A DNA stretch of 64,000 nt from Candidatus Poribacteria bacterium (GTDB taxonomy: Bacteria; Poribacteria; WGA-4E; WGA-3G). The stretch covers positions 195,074 to 259,073 of the forward strand of contig JAPPIG010000064.1 of the NCBI GenBank assembly GCA_028820635.1. Direction: 5' to 3'. Below are positions 1 through 8,753 of the stretch, piece by piece; the stretch's first letter is position 1; the number at the start of each line of letters is the position of its first letter. Under the pieces are notes generated by a model that saw nothing but the letters and a program-made list of their open reading frames with translations, did not search any database and was not told where the DNA came from. A program made the position numbers and the translations under genes.

Positions 1-129
1 AACCGTGAAGTCCTCCGAGCCACACTTGAATATACCGATAATAACAAGGCAAAGGCAGCGAAAATACTTGACATCAGTCGACGAACTATTCAACGCAAAA
101 CCAAAGAATACGGACTGTGTGACAATTAA
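1..129 (+). CDS. 3' end of a sigma-54-dependent (NtrC/Fis-family) transcriptional regulator; only the C-terminal HTH is in the window
   Basis: Frame 1 reads ...REVLRATLEYTDNNKAKAAKILDISRRTIQRKTKEYGLCDN, stop at 127-129. This is the typical Fis-type HTH tail of enhancer-binding proteins. Not in the ORF track because it runs off the window edge. Confidence 0.5.
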   Translation, partial: NREVLRATLEYTDNNKAKAAKILDISRRTIQRKTKEYGLCDN

Positions 130-473
130 TAAAATTTCAAACGGTGTTTAGTCAGTTTGAAGGACGGATTGTCCATAGGTGTCAATTTAAGGATTTTCCG
201 AGTATATGAATCCTCTTTAGTCCCGTGAATCAACGCCAAATACGCGTATGGTATTTGACGGGGACGGTATGTTTATAGTATAATGTTTGTGCCATCTGTT
301 GAACTCCGTAGGAGTGACATAGCGTCGTAAGAACATACCGCCCCTACGGGGCTCGGGGCGTGGGTGAATGCTTATCTATAAACATTTCGCCTCTACGAGG
401 CTAACCAGCACAGCACCTAAAAATAAGTTCTTTCTCTTAAATTGGTGTCTATGGTTTGAAGTAGCGGATGGTT

Positions 474-1259
474 CTACTGAGACTGAAGTTTCAATTTATT
501 AGCATAAGACCGCTTATAGTATTCTACTTCTTTGAGATCAGAAGCAGCAGATTCATCAATTATGGTAACCGTGTTTGGATGCATTTGCAAAATAGACGCT
601 GGCACCATTGATGTAATGGGACCTTCAACTGCTTTTGCTATTGCCTCTGATTTTGATGTGCCGTTTGCTAAAAGCAAGCACTGCTTCGCTTCCATAATAG
701 TCCCAATTCCCATCGTAATTGCTATTTCTGGAACCGCGCTCATATCACCCTCAAAATGAGAGGCATTTGCAACAAGAGTACTTTCCGTCAGGGTTACTAT
801 ACGGGTTCGTGATGCAAGGGATGAACCCACTTCATTAAAGCCGATATGTCCGTCCGTACCGATACCGAGGACTTGAATGTCAATCCCGCCAGCACGTGCA
901 ATTGCTTCCTCATACGCTGCACAGAACGCTTCATGATTTTCTGCAGTATTTTGAGGGATATGTCGGTTTTTCACAGAAATGTTGACATGATCGAAAAAAT
1001 GATTCGCCATGAAGGTATGATAACTCTGGGGATGTTCACATGGGATTCCCACGTACTCGTCCAAATTAAAGGTGGTTACACTTGAAAAATCCAGTCCGTC
1101 TTCTTTGTACATACGGACAAGTGCTTTGTAAAGTCCTATCGGGGTGCTGCCTGTTGCTAATCCTAAAACAAGGTCGGGCTTCTTTAGGAGTGCGTCCCGA
1201 ATGATTTCTGAGGCAATCGTAGCGAGTTGCTTATAAGTTGACTGAATAATTATTTCCAT
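474..1259 (-). CDS. nagB: glucosamine-6-phosphate deaminase
   Basis: 261 aa. N-terminus LGLATGSTP and a DEYVG motif; whole-length NagB/6-phosphogluconolactonase fold signature. Confidence 0.9.
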   Translation of the reverse strand: MEIIIQSTYKQLATIASEIIRDALLKKPDLVLGLATGSTPIGLYKALVRMYKEDGLDFSSVTTFNLDEYVGIPCEHPQSYHTFMANHFFDHVNISVKNRHIPQNTAENHEAFCAAYEEAIARAGGIDIQVLGIGTDGHIGFNEVGSSLASRTRIVTLTESTLVANASHFEGDMSAVPEIAITMGIGTIMEAKQCLLLANGTSKSEAIAKAVEGPITSMVPASILQMHPNTVTIIDESAASDLKEVEYYKRSYANKLKLQSQ

Positions 1260-1274
1260 TTTAGAGTGAAAGGT

Positions 1275-2063
1275 TTACACCTCTCCAGCAATAATTCTGT
1301 CCATGTCTTCACTAATTTGATGTACCGTGCCTTCGGGATCGTCCGCGCCAACAGGCAGTTCGGCTGTCATGTAGTCGTCATATCCAACGTCTGTTAAAGC
1401 TGCCATGACTGCATTCCAATCAATTGTGCATTCTTCAATCAGATAGGTAAAACGGTGTTCATTTGCATTGAAGCCCTTTACATGCACTTTGGAAATCCGA
1501 GAACCGAGAGAACGGATCCAATGTTGTGGAAATCCATACGCTACAATATTGCCGACATCAAAATAAGCAGAAACGGCATCGCTTTCAAATTCATCAAGGT
1601 AACGCGAAAACTCTATTGGACTTAGTAGAAATTTATTCCATACATTCTCTATAGCAATTGTTAGTCCTTTTTCTTTCGCTGTTGGTATTAATTTTCGGAT
1701 CTCTTCTTGGGAACGTTGATATGCATCTTCATAAGTCGTCTTCTGATTGACAACCGCACAAACAAGCAGCACTGTATCTGCTCCAATTACCTCCGCAGTC
1801 GCAAGAGAATCAAGTATTGCATGATGGGACACTTCACGTACCGAAGCATCCGCATCTGAAAGTGGATGTGACCAGTGTTTTCCGTTCATCACACTGCACA
1901 GTTCAATTCCGTTATCTGTTGCCAACTGTTTTATTTCGACGCGTTCCGTTTCAGTACTTAAAGGTCCAATTTCAACACCGTCAAAACCTGCTTTTTTAGC
2001 GAGTTTAAACCGGGCATCTGTCGAATCACCGGGTAATGAACCGATACATATTCCTTTTTTCAT
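1275..2063 (-). CDS. sugar phosphate isomerase/epimerase (xylose-isomerase-like TIM barrel)
   Basis: 262 aa. TIM-barrel AP-endonuclease-2 / sugar isomerase-like pattern. Lies 15 bp from nagB on the same strand, so probably co-transcribed. Confidence 0.65.
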   Translation of the reverse strand: MKKGICIGSLPGDSTDARFKLAKKAGFDGVEIGPLSTETERVEIKQLATDNGIELCSVMNGKHWSHPLSDADASVREVSHHAILDSLATAEVIGADTVLLVCAVVNQKTTYEDAYQRSQEEIRKLIPTAKEKGLTIAIENVWNKFLLSPIEFSRYLDEFESDAVSAYFDVGNIVAYGFPQHWIRSLGSRISKVHVKGFNANEHRFTYLIEECTIDWNAVMAALTDVGYDDYMTAELPVGADDPEGTVHQISEDMDRIIAGEV

Positions 2064-2165
2064 TATGCTCCTCTGTATATGATTTTTTTATTACCGTATT
2101 ATTTCTATTGTAGTCTGTCAAAATATTTTGGATTCATCTCTATAAAGATGTGCAAACATATAGTG

Positions 2166-2206
2166 ATGAGAAAATGAATAGGGACAGCTTCTACGCTGTC
2201 CCTATA
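2166..2206 (-). terminator. rho-independent terminator downstream of the minus-strand LamG paralog
   Basis: Perfect 11-bp stem ATAGGGACAGC / GCTGTCCCTAT with loop ttctac (2178-2205). On the minus strand it is followed by the U-rich run UCAUUUUCUC. Confidence 0.6.
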
Positions 2207-2222
2207 TTGTATGGATATGGGA

Positions 2223-3008
2223 TTAGTCACGACGCGTTTTCATTTTTCCCCACGTAGTGGTAAGTTTTTCCTGTGGTTCAACAGGAAGTAGATCGCCCTC
2301 CATTACACTTGCAATCTCTTTTTCATCAAGAGCTCTATCGTAAACGTATAGTTCGTCAATGTAGAAGGTAGCTGCTCTGTATCCTGTTTTACCAATATAG
2401 AGTTGTTCAGCACCCTGAGCATGTTTTGCAGGAACAGGGTATTCTTGGAGTTTTTCGCCATCAACGTAAAACGTCAATGTTCCGTCTTCTTTAATACCTG
2501 CAACATGATACCATTTTTTAGTTTCAAACAGGGTGTTTTCTCCATCAGGACCAGCACAACCGGTGCCTTGGTTGCCCGGATTGAACCGCCAGTGTATATT
2601 CAGGGAATTTGGGCAAATCCATATACCAGGGGAACGATCAGAACCCGGTGCTTTTTTGGCAATGATTTGGCTCCAAGCACCATTATGAGCTTCAATGAAG
2701 TTGATCCAGAACAGATAACTATTGTCCTGATAATCTACCAATTCTTTGAAAGATTGAACTTGGACATCAGCATTTGCATCTCTGATTTCCAATGCGCCTT
2801 TACCGAACTTTTTTTCACCGGTTGTTATTTCTGCCTTATTGATTATTTCAGCGTCATTCCCGCCACCAGTTTTATCCTCAATCTTACCACCATTCTCATT
2901 ATCAAAACTGAAGTAGAGGATTAAACCGTCATCTTTAACAGCAGCTTGGACAGTTAGAAGTCCTACAAAAAATAGGAGTGTAGCGAACAGATGTGTCGTA
3001 AGTTTCAT
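2223..3008 (-). CDS. secreted LamG-domain (concanavalin A-like lectin/glucanase, Laminin_G_3-type) protein, paralog 1
   Basis: Signal peptide MKLTTHLFATLLFFVGLLTVQA, LILYFSFD motif, conserved C-terminal tail PVEPQEKLTTTWGKMKTRRD. RBS AAGGAGGG lies 8 nt upstream of the ATG. Confidence 0.8.
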   Translation of the reverse strand: MKLTTHLFATLLFFVGLLTVQAAVKDDGLILYFSFDNENGGKIEDKTGGGNDAEIINKAEITTGEKKFGKGALEIRDANADVQVQSFKELVDYQDNSYLFWINFIEAHNGAWSQIIAKKAPGSDRSPGIWICPNSLNIHWRFNPGNQGTGCAGPDGENTLFETKKWYHVAGIKEDGTLTFYVDGEKLQEYPVPAKHAQGAEQLYIGKTGYRAATFYIDELYVYDRALDEKEIASVMEGDLLPVEPQEKLTTTWGKMKTRRD

Positions 3009-3394
3009 TGTGAATCCCTCCTTGGGTATACAAGTTGGTTAATATTAGATGCGAGTATGTTTATTTTTCAAACCACATACTATTTTCAAATCTATTTCTC
3101 AAATACTATAGTGAAATCTATTCTACAAAAAACGATTAAATTTGTCAAGAAAAATCGAATATAATTCCCAGAGTTGTTATGTCAAGACAGTAGATTTTCA
3201 TGAAGCCGTATTGCGAGGAATGCACATCATAAACAAAATAGGGTTGGTTTTAGGTGTAATCTCTGGTTTTCACCTTCCCACTGAAACAAGCTGAAGTATT
3301 GAAAAATGGAAGATTCTATTCCAAGGTACATTCCTTAAGATTGAATGCATAAATTGAGGATTGTGTTATTAAATAAAAATAATGCAATTTTAAC

Positions 3395-3423
3395 TTGACA
3401 GATTTATACGTTTTTTGTAGAAT
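3395..3423 (+). promoter_or_regulatory. candidate sigma70 promoter for LamG paralog 2
   Basis: TTGACA at 3395-3400, 17-nt spacer, TAGAAT at 3418-3423, about 170 bp upstream of the ATG. Confidence 0.35.
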
Positions 3424-3594
3424 ATTAATATAATTACGTAATTATTACGAAAAGTTTGTTTTCAAGTTATCTCTCCCAAAAGATGTTGTTTAACTTACGA
3501 ACATTATACAATCCAAAGTGGGATGGCATAAACAAGGCTTTTCGCATCAAACAAGACCAAATAGTTTATTGAATACATGAGGAGGAATTTACTC

Positions 3595-4377
3595 ATGCGT
3601 TTTACGATTTATGTGTTTATTGCGGTAATGTTTTTCGCTGGTGGCGTTCTCACTACTCAGGCTGCGTTAGACGACGGTTTAATTCTTTACTTCAGTTTTG
3701 ACAAAGAAGTAGATGGCACCATTACTGATGGCACCCTTGGAGGCAATAACGGTACGCTGACAAATGCAAGTGTTACAACAGATGAAAAGAAAGTTGGCGC
3801 AGGATCTTTGGAAATGTTAGATCAGAATGCCAGTTTGGAAGTTGAATCTTTTTCAGAAATGGAAGAGTATCAGGACAATAGTTTTGTGTTCTGGCTGCAC
3901 TTCATTCAGGCTCATAACGGTGCGTGGAGCCAAATCTTCGCCAAGAAAGCGCCTGGTTCTGATCGTTCCCCTGGAGTATGGATTTGCCCCAATTCCTTGA
4001 ATATCCACTATCGATTCAATCCTGGGAACCAAGGTAGCGGTTGTGCTGGTCCTGGTGGAGAAAACGAACTGTTTGAAACAGGTAAATGGTACCATATCGC
4101 TGGAGTCAAAGCGGGTGGCAAATTCCATTTTTATATTGATGGTGTCCAAGTTGGTGAATATGACGTTCCCGCAGAACACGCTCAAGGTGAAGAGAAACTG
4201 TATATTGGAAAGACAGGATATAGATCCGCGACCTTCTACATTGATGACTTTTTTGTTTTCAACCGAGGACTCTCTAAAGACGAGGTTAACGATATAATGG
4301 GTGGTTTACTCATTTCTGTTGAACCTCGTGATAAGTTGACAACAACTTGGGGACATCTGAAAACAAAGCGGAATTAA
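3595..4377 (+). CDS. secreted LamG-domain protein, paralog 2
   Basis: The ORF-track start at 3577 lies inside the RBS GGAGGA (3581-86). The likely start is the ATG at 3595, giving signal peptide MRFTIYVFIAVMFFAGGVLTTQA. LILYFSFD motif; C-terminal tail SVEPRDKLTTTWGHLKTKRN. Confidence 0.8.
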   Translation: MRFTIYVFIAVMFFAGGVLTTQAALDDGLILYFSFDKEVDGTITDGTLGGNNGTLTNASVTTDEKKVGAGSLEMLDQNASLEVESFSEMEEYQDNSFVFWLHFIQAHNGAWSQIFAKKAPGSDRSPGVWICPNSLNIHYRFNPGNQGSGCAGPGGENELFETGKWYHIAGVKAGGKFHFYIDGVQVGEYDVPAEHAQGEEKLYIGKTGYRSATFYIDDFFVFNRGLSKDEVNDIMGGLLISVEPRDKLTTTWGHLKTKRN

Positions 4378-4407
4378 CACTTAACCGTCACACATAAACA
4401 ACAAAGA

Positions 4408-4446
4408 ACATGGGGAAATTTCTTGAAATTTCCCCATGTTTTCTTA
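4408..4446 (+). terminator. rho-independent terminator after LamG paralog 2
   Basis: Perfect 15-bp stem ACATGGGGAAATTTC / GAAATTTCCCCATGT with loop TTG, followed by TTTCTT. Confidence 0.7.
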
Positions 4447-4470
4447 AACACTCTCATTCAGGTTCAGTGC

Positions 4471-5796
4471 ATGTTAACCTACCGTCTACTTATGTGCTTT
4501 TGCTTGGCACTATGTTTTCAGTGGTGGACAGCATCGGGATGGAGCGATACCGATGTTGAGCTTAATAATCCGTTTGCGCTTGGACTCCATTATATGGAGA
4601 TGGAACAGTATGATAAGGCGTTAGCAGCGTTTAACGTTATCCGCAAGCAAGAACCGAGTAGTGGTATCTATTGTTATATCGGTATGGTGCTTCAAGAACA
4701 AAATAGACTAAGTGAAGCATTAGAAGCGTACCAGAACGCTTTAACATTTAAAGCCCCTCCGCAAATACACGGCAGTGCCCACCTCCATTTAGGAATCGTT
4801 TATAAAGCACAAGGCAAATTACGTCCTGCAGAAACCCATCTGAAAGAGGCACTTGCGCTTACTCCTGAAACTCCAGAAGCACATATCCATCTTGGAGAGG
4901 TATACCTCCTCCAACGTCGATTGGATAAGGCAGAACGTGCCTATCGCCAGAGTATCCGTCTGAACCCAAATTTTACCCAGTCCTATTATGGGTTAGGTAG
5001 AGTCGCAGAAATGCAGAATGATTTCACCTCTGCTGTTGATGGCTACCTTCAAGCCATTAAGCAAAACCCTTACGACCCACAACCTCACTACCGACTAGCG
5101 ATGGCTTATCGTTGTTTACAAAAACAGGAAGCAGCAGAAAAGGCGATGGCACAATTTGAACGGATGAAAAGTTACTCAGACAATGTTCATCGGTTTCGCG
5201 AAACGATTTACAAGAATCCCAACACTCCGATTTTGTATGTAAAGTTAGGGGAACTTCACGAAAAATTCGACAATGTTGCTGACGCGCAACGCGTATATCA
5301 AACTGCAATTACATTACATCCCACCTTTTTGCCTGCCTACCATAGCCTTGGCACAGTGTTGATTCGTCAACGGGCCTTAGAAAAGGCTACCGCAGTATAT
5401 CTTAAAATAACGGAAATTAAACCCAGCGATGTTCAAGCGTGGTTAAAGTTAGGTGTGATATATATTAATCGTCAGCAATTTGAACCAGCAATTAAGGCAT
5501 TCAAACAAGCTATTACTGCCGACGACACATCCGCAGAGGCATATAACAATTTAGCCCGCGTTTACGCCGGACTCGGTACAGAAACAAAGCAAGCAATTAT
5601 ACTTGCGGAAAAGGCGGTTGCTTTGTCTCCAATACCGAAACATTACGACACACTTGCTTACACCTATTTCCGTGATGAGCAGTACCCAGAGGCATTAGTT
5701 GCTATCAATCGTGCTGTCACCCTTGCTCCGGGTGAAGCAGCTTATGGAAGTTTTCGCACAAAAATACAAGAGAAAATGAAAGAAAATAAAAAGTGA
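4471..5796 (+). CDS. TPR-repeat protein (secreted or periplasmic)
   Basis: Multiple 34-aa TPR units (A..Y..A.....P pattern) throughout. The ORF-track start at 4423 is the loop TTG of the terminator hairpin. The first ATG downstream, 4471, gives a hydrophobic N-terminus MLTYRLLMCFCLALCF. Confidence 0.7.
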   Translation: MLTYRLLMCFCLALCFQWWTASGWSDTDVELNNPFALGLHYMEMEQYDKALAAFNVIRKQEPSSGIYCYIGMVLQEQNRLSEALEAYQNALTFKAPPQIHGSAHLHLGIVYKAQGKLRPAETHLKEALALTPETPEAHIHLGEVYLLQRRLDKAERAYRQSIRLNPNFTQSYYGLGRVAEMQNDFTSAVDGYLQAIKQNPYDPQPHYRLAMAYRCLQKQEAAEKAMAQFERMKSYSDNVHRFRETIYKNPNTPILYVKLGELHEKFDNVADAQRVYQTAITLHPTFLPAYHSLGTVLIRQRALEKATAVYLKITEIKPSDVQAWLKLGVIYINRQQFEPAIKAFKQAITADDTSAEAYNNLARVYAGLGTETKQAIILAEKAVALSPIPKHYDTLAYTYFRDEQYPEALVAINRAVTLAPGEAAYGSFRTKIQEKMKENKK

Positions 5797-6119
5797 ACTA
5801 CAAAAGAGAAATTAAAAATACTTAAATTAACTTGAGTTCGGTATAAGCAACTTTCGGAATCGGCAGAATATGTCGCCTAAAACTATTGTTATTTTGTATA
5901 CTTAAATAATACCGAATTTTCAGAGTCAAATATGACTATTTTTATCAGAATAAGCCTGCCGATCCAGTCATAACAAAGGATCGTAGCACATTATAAAATC
6001 CTATCATTTCTGAGTGACTCTGAAAACTCTAAAATCTTTTTATGAACGTGAATACGGAGAAAAGGTATGGAATTCTTCAAGTCTTTATACCGAACTCATG
6101 TTAAATTAGGATATTCACG

Positions 6120-6683
6120 ATGAAATCGAATAAACAGATTTATGTGGTGGGGCTATGTGGCAGCCTTCGGCAAGGCAGTACCACCCATGCAGCACTAACA
6201 ATTGCCCTAACAGGTGCAAAAGAGGTTGGGGCGGAAGTCGAATTACTCGACCTGAGTGAATATCAACTTATTTTCCACGGTGCAGTCGCTGATGAATCTG
6301 AATATCCTCCTGATGTATTCAAACTAAAAGAAAAAGTCAGACGCGCACACGGCATACTCCTCGGGACTCCTGAGTACCACGGTAGTTTTAGTGGTGTCCT
6401 CAAGAACGCATTAGATCTGATGTGGTTTGACGAGTTTGAAAACAAGGTTGTTGGGTTGATTGGTGTTTCAGGAGGTAGAATGGGTGCAGGAAACGCGTTG
6501 TCAATGTTAAGAACAGTAGGTGCAACATTACGTGCTTTGGTTATTCCTAACGATGTTTCAATCCCTCGTGCCTCAGAAGCTTTTGATGAGAACGGCAATT
6601 TACACGACCCAGAATTAGCAGCGCGCGTCAAAGCTGTCGGACGTGAAGTTACGCAATTTGCTGCCCTCTGTAATTCAAAATAG
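6120..6683 (+). CDS. NAD(P)H-dependent FMN reductase (flavodoxin-like fold)
   Basis: 187 aa. N-terminus YVVGLCGSLRQGSTT is typical of the NADPH-dependent FMN reductase / SsuE / ArsH-like family. Confidence 0.7.
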   Translation: MKSNKQIYVVGLCGSLRQGSTTHAALTIALTGAKEVGAEVELLDLSEYQLIFHGAVADESEYPPDVFKLKEKVRRAHGILLGTPEYHGSFSGVLKNALDLMWFDEFENKVVGLIGVSGGRMGAGNALSMLRTVGATLRALVIPNDVSIPRASEAFDENGNLHDPELAARVKAVGREVTQFAALCNSK

Positions 6684-6692
6684 ATATATAAT

Positions 6693-7349
6693 ATGAATGA
6701 TATACACGATTGGAATGAGTGGATTGGCACAGACGAAGCGGGAAAAGGTGATTACTTTGGACCGCTTGTCGTTGCGGGAGTTTACGTAAACGCCGAATGC
6801 CAGGACGATTTTTTAGAAATGGGTATTACCGACGGAAAGAAGATTTCAAATTCGCGTGTCCACAAACTTGCGGATTGGATGTGGAAACACTACGAACAAC
6901 ATATAGTTGTTTCTCAAAAGATGCCACAGGAGTATAATTCACTTTACGAAACACTCAAAAAGCGCGGTCAAAACCTAAATACGATGCTCGCAAAACTACA
7001 TGTTAAGGTCATTCAAACGCTTGCTAACCGCATGGGGACGAACTGCGCGCTCGTGGATAAATTTGCTCATAATGATGTTATCACACCACAGTTGGCGCAA
7101 CGAGATATACAGATAAAACAGGAAACTGGTGCAGAAAGAGACATCGCAGTTGCTGCTGCTTCAGTCATAGCGCGTGACGCTTTTCTGAAAGGGATAGAAT
7201 CATTATCCCAAAAATATGAGATGCAATTGCCGAGAGGGGCATATCAGGTTACAGAAGCAGGAAAAGAATTTGTTAAAAAACATGGCGGCAAAGCACTACG
7301 GAATGTCGCTAAACTCCATTTCCGTACAACAGGAACTGTTCTTGCCTAA
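6693..7349 (+). CDS. RNase HII/HIII-family ribonuclease, HIII-like catalytic domain only
   Basis: Motif GTDEAGKGDYFGPLVVAGVYV matches the RNase HIII catalytic DE(A/S)GKGD.FGPL signature. At 218 aa there is no N-terminal substrate-binding domain. Confidence 0.55.
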   Translation: MNDIHDWNEWIGTDEAGKGDYFGPLVVAGVYVNAECQDDFLEMGITDGKKISNSRVHKLADWMWKHYEQHIVVSQKMPQEYNSLYETLKKRGQNLNTMLAKLHVKVIQTLANRMGTNCALVDKFAHNDVITPQLAQRDIQIKQETGAERDIAVAAASVIARDAFLKGIESLSQKYEMQLPRGAYQVTEAGKEFVKKHGGKALRNVAKLHFRTTGTVLA

Positions 7350-7487
7350 ATTAATCAAACAATGCACGTAGGCGTGTTTTATAAGCGCGCTGTAAATGAT
7401 GTCAAAATTATTTGTCTACTTGGTCAAGGGTAATGAGTGCCTTAATCAACAATTTGAGTTTTTTAGCCAATATATGGAATAAAAGCA

Positions 7488-8675
7488 ATGTTTAATACCG
7501 AGAAATTATTTGTCATTCATTACGCTGAAGTTGGACTCAAAGGCAAAAATAGAGTTTTTTTTGAGAAAAAACTGGTACGGAATATTAAACTCTCCTTGCG
7601 TGGTACAGGTTATGCTGAAGTAAAAAGACTTCACGATAGAATTATTGTACATCTCAAACAAGATACGGATATTGCTGAAATTGAGAAACGGCTACGCCGG
7701 GTTATGGGTATAGCGCATTTTGAACTCGTCTACCGAACCGAAAAGGATATGTCGGTAATCAAAGACACTGCTTTGCAATTGACAGAAAATAAAGTTTTTG
7801 AGACTCTTAAAGTTGAAACAAAACGTTCCGACAAGACCTTTCCGTTAACTTCGCCTGAAATAAGTAGAGAGGTAGGAGGGTATCTGATTCAAAAAACTGG
7901 TGCACAGGCAGATATGCGTAATCCCAACTTGCGGTTATGGATAGATATATCACACAATGATGCTTACATCTATACGGATAAGCTTCAAGGAATAGGAGGA
8001 CTACCGGTTGGAGTCAGCGGTAAAGTTCTTGTGATGCTTTCTGGTGGAATTGATTCTCCTGTCGCAGCTTGGCAAATGATTAAACGTGGTGCAAAAGCCA
8101 TTTTTGTTCACTTCTACAGTTATCCTTACACCGATAAAGCGTCTTTAGAGAAAGTGATAGAATTGACCCGTATTTTGTCAGAGTCAAACTATCGTAGTGC
8201 GATTTATCTGGTCCCATTTGCAGATCTTCAACAAATTATCGTAACAGAAACTCCTGCACCGTTTAGGGTTTTACTGTATCGACGAATGATGACACGCATC
8301 GCACAACGGGTTGCTGCGCTTGTTGAAGCAGAGGCTATCGTTACAGGTGAAAGCCTGGCACAGGTAGCATCGCAAACACTTACCAATCTTCGGGCAATTG
8401 AAGCGATTGCAGACATACCAATTCTCCGCCCGCTTATCGGAGATGATAAGGCTGATATTATCGCTAAAGCAGAACAGATAGGTACTTTTGAGGTATCTAC
8501 ACTCCCACATCAGGATTGTTGCTCTCTTTTTGTTCCGAAACATCCTGCAACACATGCATCAGTTGCCGAGTTAGACAAAGCAGAGGAAGGTCTTAATATA
8601 ACAGCACTCGTTGAAACGGCAATAAACGGAATTGAAAAGCAAATTGTAAGTTTTTCTTATGAAAATGGTAATTGA
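7488..8675 (+). CDS. thiI: tRNA 4-thiouridine synthase / sulfurtransferase ThiI
   Basis: 395 aa. N-terminal THUMP-like region and PP-loop SGGIDSPVAAW. Confidence 0.85.
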   Translation: MFNTEKLFVIHYAEVGLKGKNRVFFEKKLVRNIKLSLRGTGYAEVKRLHDRIIVHLKQDTDIAEIEKRLRRVMGIAHFELVYRTEKDMSVIKDTALQLTENKVFETLKVETKRSDKTFPLTSPEISREVGGYLIQKTGAQADMRNPNLRLWIDISHNDAYIYTDKLQGIGGLPVGVSGKVLVMLSGGIDSPVAAWQMIKRGAKAIFVHFYSYPYTDKASLEKVIELTRILSESNYRSAIYLVPFADLQQIIVTETPAPFRVLLYRRMMTRIAQRVAALVEAEAIVTGESLAQVASQTLTNLRAIEAIADIPILRPLIGDDKADIIAKAEQIGTFEVSTLPHQDCCSLFVPKHPATHASVAELDKAEEGLNITALVETAINGIEKQIVSFSYENGN

Positions 8676-8753
8676 AAGCGGTTTTAGTTTAATAAGAATC
8701 TCTTAACAGAAAGCCGAGTTTTAACTCAACTACCGAAACCAGATTAAAGGGTC

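Noticed and set aside
532-1085. Plus-strand ORFs (75 and 79 aa) inside nagB, and the many similar antisense or internal ORFs listed in the track throughout the window (e.g. 2403..2924, 3853..4185, 6263..6730, 8228..8555, 17899..18754, 39967..40506, 52937..53359, 59662..60048)
   Set aside because: All lie antisense to, or embedded within, long ORFs with clear homology-type signatures. They have no RBS and only low-complexity translations, as expected by chance.
4423-4470. ORF-track start (TTG at 4423) for the TPR protein
   Set aside because: 4423-4425 is the loop of a perfect 15-bp terminator hairpin (4408-4446). The real start is more likely the ATG at 4471.
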